NCBI RefSeq assembly: GCF_001194135.2
Contig: NC_068992.1
Coordinates: forward strand, 35,375,527-35,415,112
Reading direction: 5' to 3'
Length of the DNA: 39,586 nt
Source: Octopus bimaculoides
Lineage: Eukaryota
The notes under the pieces are model-generated. The model saw only the letters and a list, made by a program, of their open reading frames with translations. It did not search any database and was not told where the DNA came from. This document shows, in pieces, positions 36,035-39,586 of the stretch (position 1 is its first letter; the number at the start of each line of letters is the position of its first letter). The translations under genes were made by a program, and so were the position numbers.

Positions 36035-36505
36035 ATTATTGAGTGAGAGAGCGGTTCATGCCATCAATGTGACACTGGAGTAAAATATACGAAGCCCAGT
36101 ATACTCATCATGACTACCCGACAGATAAGGGTACACCAAGCATATGCATCACAACCTTATGTGCGCCACACGGTGATCTCATATAACAGCACATGACCTT
36201 GCAGGTGGGCTCCAGTTAGAATTTTCTTCAGTTCGAGTAGCCCATCCCGTTTCAAATGGTCCCTGAACAAGGTTTTTCCAAGGGTGTTGAACGAAACACC
36301 CATAGTTTCCAGACATGAATTATCCAAAACCCAAAGAATTCCTCTCAACACATGGTTATGATGTTCCCCCACTACTTCTTCTTGTGACCAGAGATGTCCA
36401 TATCGTCAGCCAAGAAGGGACATGCTCAATTGGTTAAGGTCAAACAACTGACAAGCAAATCTGTGGTACTGACAAGAATATTTGCTGCAGCACATCTTTC
36501 ATACC
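36035..36505 (-). mobile_element. Abundant non-coding retroposon (SINE or long LINE 3' UTR)
   Basis: Second partial copy at 35228-35310; ends at an AAT/ACT repeat; matches my recollection of a high-copy octopus repeat; no convincing ORF. Confidence 0.7.
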
Positions 36506-38830
36506 AAGTCAAAGCAACGTACATGATAACACTGCTTTCTGGAGTTGTACTAAACTAAGTTTTATGCCTATTTCCTCTATCCATCTATCCAAATCTTTAG
36601 TGATAGATCCTAAGGAACCTATAACTACTGAGGTACATTTTACCCGCACTTTCCATAGTCTCTGTAATTCAATGGCTAGGTCCTAGTAACCTGCTATTTT
36701 TCCTCTACCAAGTATATTGAGTTTTTCACCTTTTGGGACTGTAAAGCCAATTATCAATCACTTTCTATTCTCTTCACCTACAACTACTAAATCAGGCCTT
36801 CTAGCATCTATTACTCTGTCAGTCTGAATGTTAAATTTCCACAATATCTCATATTTCTTTCTTGTAGTACTTTACTAGATTCATGTACCCATCATCTATC
36901 AGTATGTTCAAATCCTAGCTTTCTACATAACTCCGAGTAGATTACTCTCCTTAGATTGTCACAACTTGTCTTGTATCCTTTCTGTGCCAGCATGCTACAT
37001 TCACTTTCTATATGAGTAACGTATTCCTCTTTTGATTTGCATAGCCTACATTTTCGAACCTATTTGGTTTTTGTTTAATTTGGCTTTTAGCCAATTAGTC
37101 CTTAATGCTTGATTTGTATTGCTAATAATATACTTTCTCCATTATCAGCCTTCCGATTTTACTTCATTTAGAACTGTTTTGCTTATGTATAACAGATCAT
37201 GCGTTCCTCTAACCTTCTTCCTGCAACCTTTCTGTTCTTCTGGCAGTACATTTTGGTTGTCAAGGTGCTCGTAAAAATTTTCTGAAAGCATTCCTATTAA
37301 TAGCTTCTACACTAATGGTAAGGAAGTGATGTGACTATAATTACTAACTGTATTACCTTTGCTCTTATATTTTATAACGAGTATTGTTCTACCTCTAGCA
37401 TTCCAATCTTGTATTATTCCTCCGTTATGGTAATCTTGATGTTCTCTCAGCTTCTCGTGTAGCCTACTAAATTTCATTGACTAGTACCCTTGAACCATAT
37501 CTGGTCCTGAACTCTTCCAATTCGCCATTTTCTCTAACATTTTATACATTAATGCACTAGTTAGACTTAGATCTGGCTGCTTCTCACTCACTATTTCTTC
37601 TTTCAGGTTCTTTAACCATACCGCTTCACCATTATGTTTGACTGGCTTATCCCAAATATTTCTCCAGAACTTTCTACCTTCTTCTGCATTAGGTTTCTCA
37701 TCTTCAGTACTTTCTTCTATTTGTTTGGTTATAAAATCTCTGATCTGTCTCAAATAATCTCATCTGTTGATACTGATCTATTATTTTCTGATATATGGAA
37801 AGCTCATCTGCTACTGCTCTGATTCACTGTTTGAACCTTTCTGTAACTGTCCCAAATCCTTTCTCTTTGACTAAGTATCTTTTCTCAAGAGGAAATTTAA
37901 ATCTTGTGTTGTTTCCTAACTTGCTCAATTTCCAGACTTCTATTCTACTCAGATGATTTTTTCTTAATATTTTCACTTTATCTCATAATCTCCTATTTCA
38001 CATTTGTTTTTTTTTTATCTTTCCTTGTGGAATATTTAATTTTCTAGTTACTACTACTACTCCCAAATAAATCAATAAGCTAGTTCTCTCATATTTTTAG
38101 GATTTATCCTACTCATAACAGATTCTACTTTCTTAGTCCTATCTACCAGATTCATTCTGTTGGCAAACTTTTTCTTACCTCTTTTTCTTACTTGTTGGCA
38201 AACTTTTTCTTACTTCTTTGCTCATTACTTCCGTAAATCATCTGAAATCTTCTGATTTTCCTCACATAAATCACTTAAAACTCTGGTGTCAGTTGTTCCT
38301 TCCTTATTGGTTGTGGTACTATTATTTTTTTCTTTAGTGGTTTCTTGGGTTTGAACTGTATTTATGTTGTTGTTTGTCTTTCCTACTGCCTGGTCTGTCT
38401 TTTCCAGTTCCCTTGTGATCTCTTTTCCCTCTAATTGTCATCCACGTTCTCCTCCTAATAGCATTAGCTTGATATACTAGTCTCTGCTGAATCACTTTAT
38501 ACAAACTCTTCTCTACCTAAAGTGTTAAAATCCGTTTCTATAACCCGTTGTTTTAGTTTCATTTTCAAAGAAGTACTGCTTTCTTCGCTGGTCCAATTCC
38601 TCCTCCATACTCTATCATCTGCTGAGCTGATGTTGTAATAGGATAACAGTTGTGGTCAGTCTGCATCTTTACTGAGGCCTTCTCTTCAAGATCAAACCTA
38701 ATTTTCGCTGTTACAACCAGAGTTTGTACGCAAAGTCTTGTCTCTCATAAACTGAAGTAAGATAAATTTAGTCACCATTTTCGTCACCATTATTTTTCGA
38801 CATCTGATAGTTTCAAGTAACTTTCTATTG
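36506..38830 (-). mobile_element. R4/Dong-like LINE, long decayed copy with internal deletion
   Basis: EEGRKFWRNIWDKPVKHNGEAVW, KMANWKSSGPDMVQGY, LHEKL, GRTILV, PEEQKGCRKK.RGT.DLL, then FNIQTDRVIDARRPDLVVV, LAIELQRLWKV, VVIGSLG, LQKAV; many stops and indels; 5' limit uncertain. Confidence 0.85.
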
Positions 38831-39263
38831 CATCACTTGCTGCGCTTTTGTACTGGTGGTGTATATGCTTCATTTTTTTACCCTTTGCGGAATATTATAT
38901 TGCATCAGTATGTTTTGTTATGGGGTTTAACTTGAGTCTTCTCTTGTATTAGTTTTTGCTTGGTGGGTTTTTTGTGCAGTGCAAGTTGTGTTCTGTTGGG
39001 TATCAGACTTCCATGGCATATGTGGGCTTTGTTCATTTTATTGGGTTTTTACTGTATGAATTTATTCCTGTATGTTTCTGGAGAAGTGTTGCACACACTA
39101 CTGAGTGTGTAAATCATAAACCAACCATTTCATTATATTCATGATTATCTGTCTATCGTTCTTTTTTTATTAGTCTTATTATAGGTCCGCCTTTACAGCG
39201 TTTATTTTCTGACAGAACACCGTCCATGGACATGTGTTAATGTTTATTTCGTATCTTATTTAT

Positions 39264-39280
39264 TATCATCATCAACATCA

Positions 39281-39330
<50 letters not shown>
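39264..39330. repeat. (ATC)/(ATT)n microsatellite (LINE tail)
   Basis: Seen directly. Confidence 0.93.
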
Positions 39331-39332
39331 TT

Positions 39333-39586
39333 ATGTTTGACTTTTGTTTTGCATTTGTACAAGTTGGATCCAAGTCTCACCCAGAGACCTCAAGAGACAA
39401 CAAGTTAGAAGTTCATGTAGGTGTTATGCCTAGGGTACCATATATTTGGATTTGTACAGTTTTGTTCAAGTGAATGTTTAAGAAACCATAAGAAAATTAT
39501 GTGTTTGCTTTAAAATTTGAGATCACATAGACAGTATTTTACGCAGGATATGGGCAGTTCCCATGAGCACTATCTTTTGAACTTCA
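39333..39586 (-). mobile_element. R4/Dong-like LINE 3' end, continues beyond the window
   Basis: EVQKIVLMGTAHILRKILSM*, then about 190 nt of 3' UTR and an (AAT)n tail. Confidence 0.9.

Noticed and set aside
38830-39230. Possible CR1/L2 C-terminal fragment (PTYAMEV.YP) on the minus strand
   Set aside because: One weak motif in heavily decayed sequence; cannot assign.

Overview
AT-rich animal genomic DNA from a draft scaffold with ten N-gaps. The tRNA-SINE families and the dense (TA)n/(CA)n/(AAT)n/(AAG)n microsatellites suggest an octopus or other cephalopod genome (inference from recalled repeat families, not a search). Most of the window is decayed mobile DNA: an RTE LINE split by a near full-length Hsmar1-like mariner, three other Tc1/mariner remnants, five Penelope-like (PLE) remnants, a Helitron with both termini plus a probable mini-Helitron, four R4/Dong-type restriction-endonuclease LINE fragments, a Tx1-like fragment, tRNA-SINEs and a foldback element. 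No intact transposon ORF, rRNA, tRNA gene or CRISPR is supported. A series of spliceable, stop-free + strand segments (about 7980-32011) may be exons of an unidentified host gene with a signal-peptide-like start; this is tentative. The most notable non-coding signals are a minimal type I hammerhead ribozyme candidate (16443-16501), a 21-nt covarying stem-loop shared by three R4/Dong 3' UTRs, and a same-strand chain of retroelements in one (TAA)n tract. I found no evidence for a wholly new multi-gene system. All alignments and translations were done by eye, so element boundaries are approximate unless termini are quoted.
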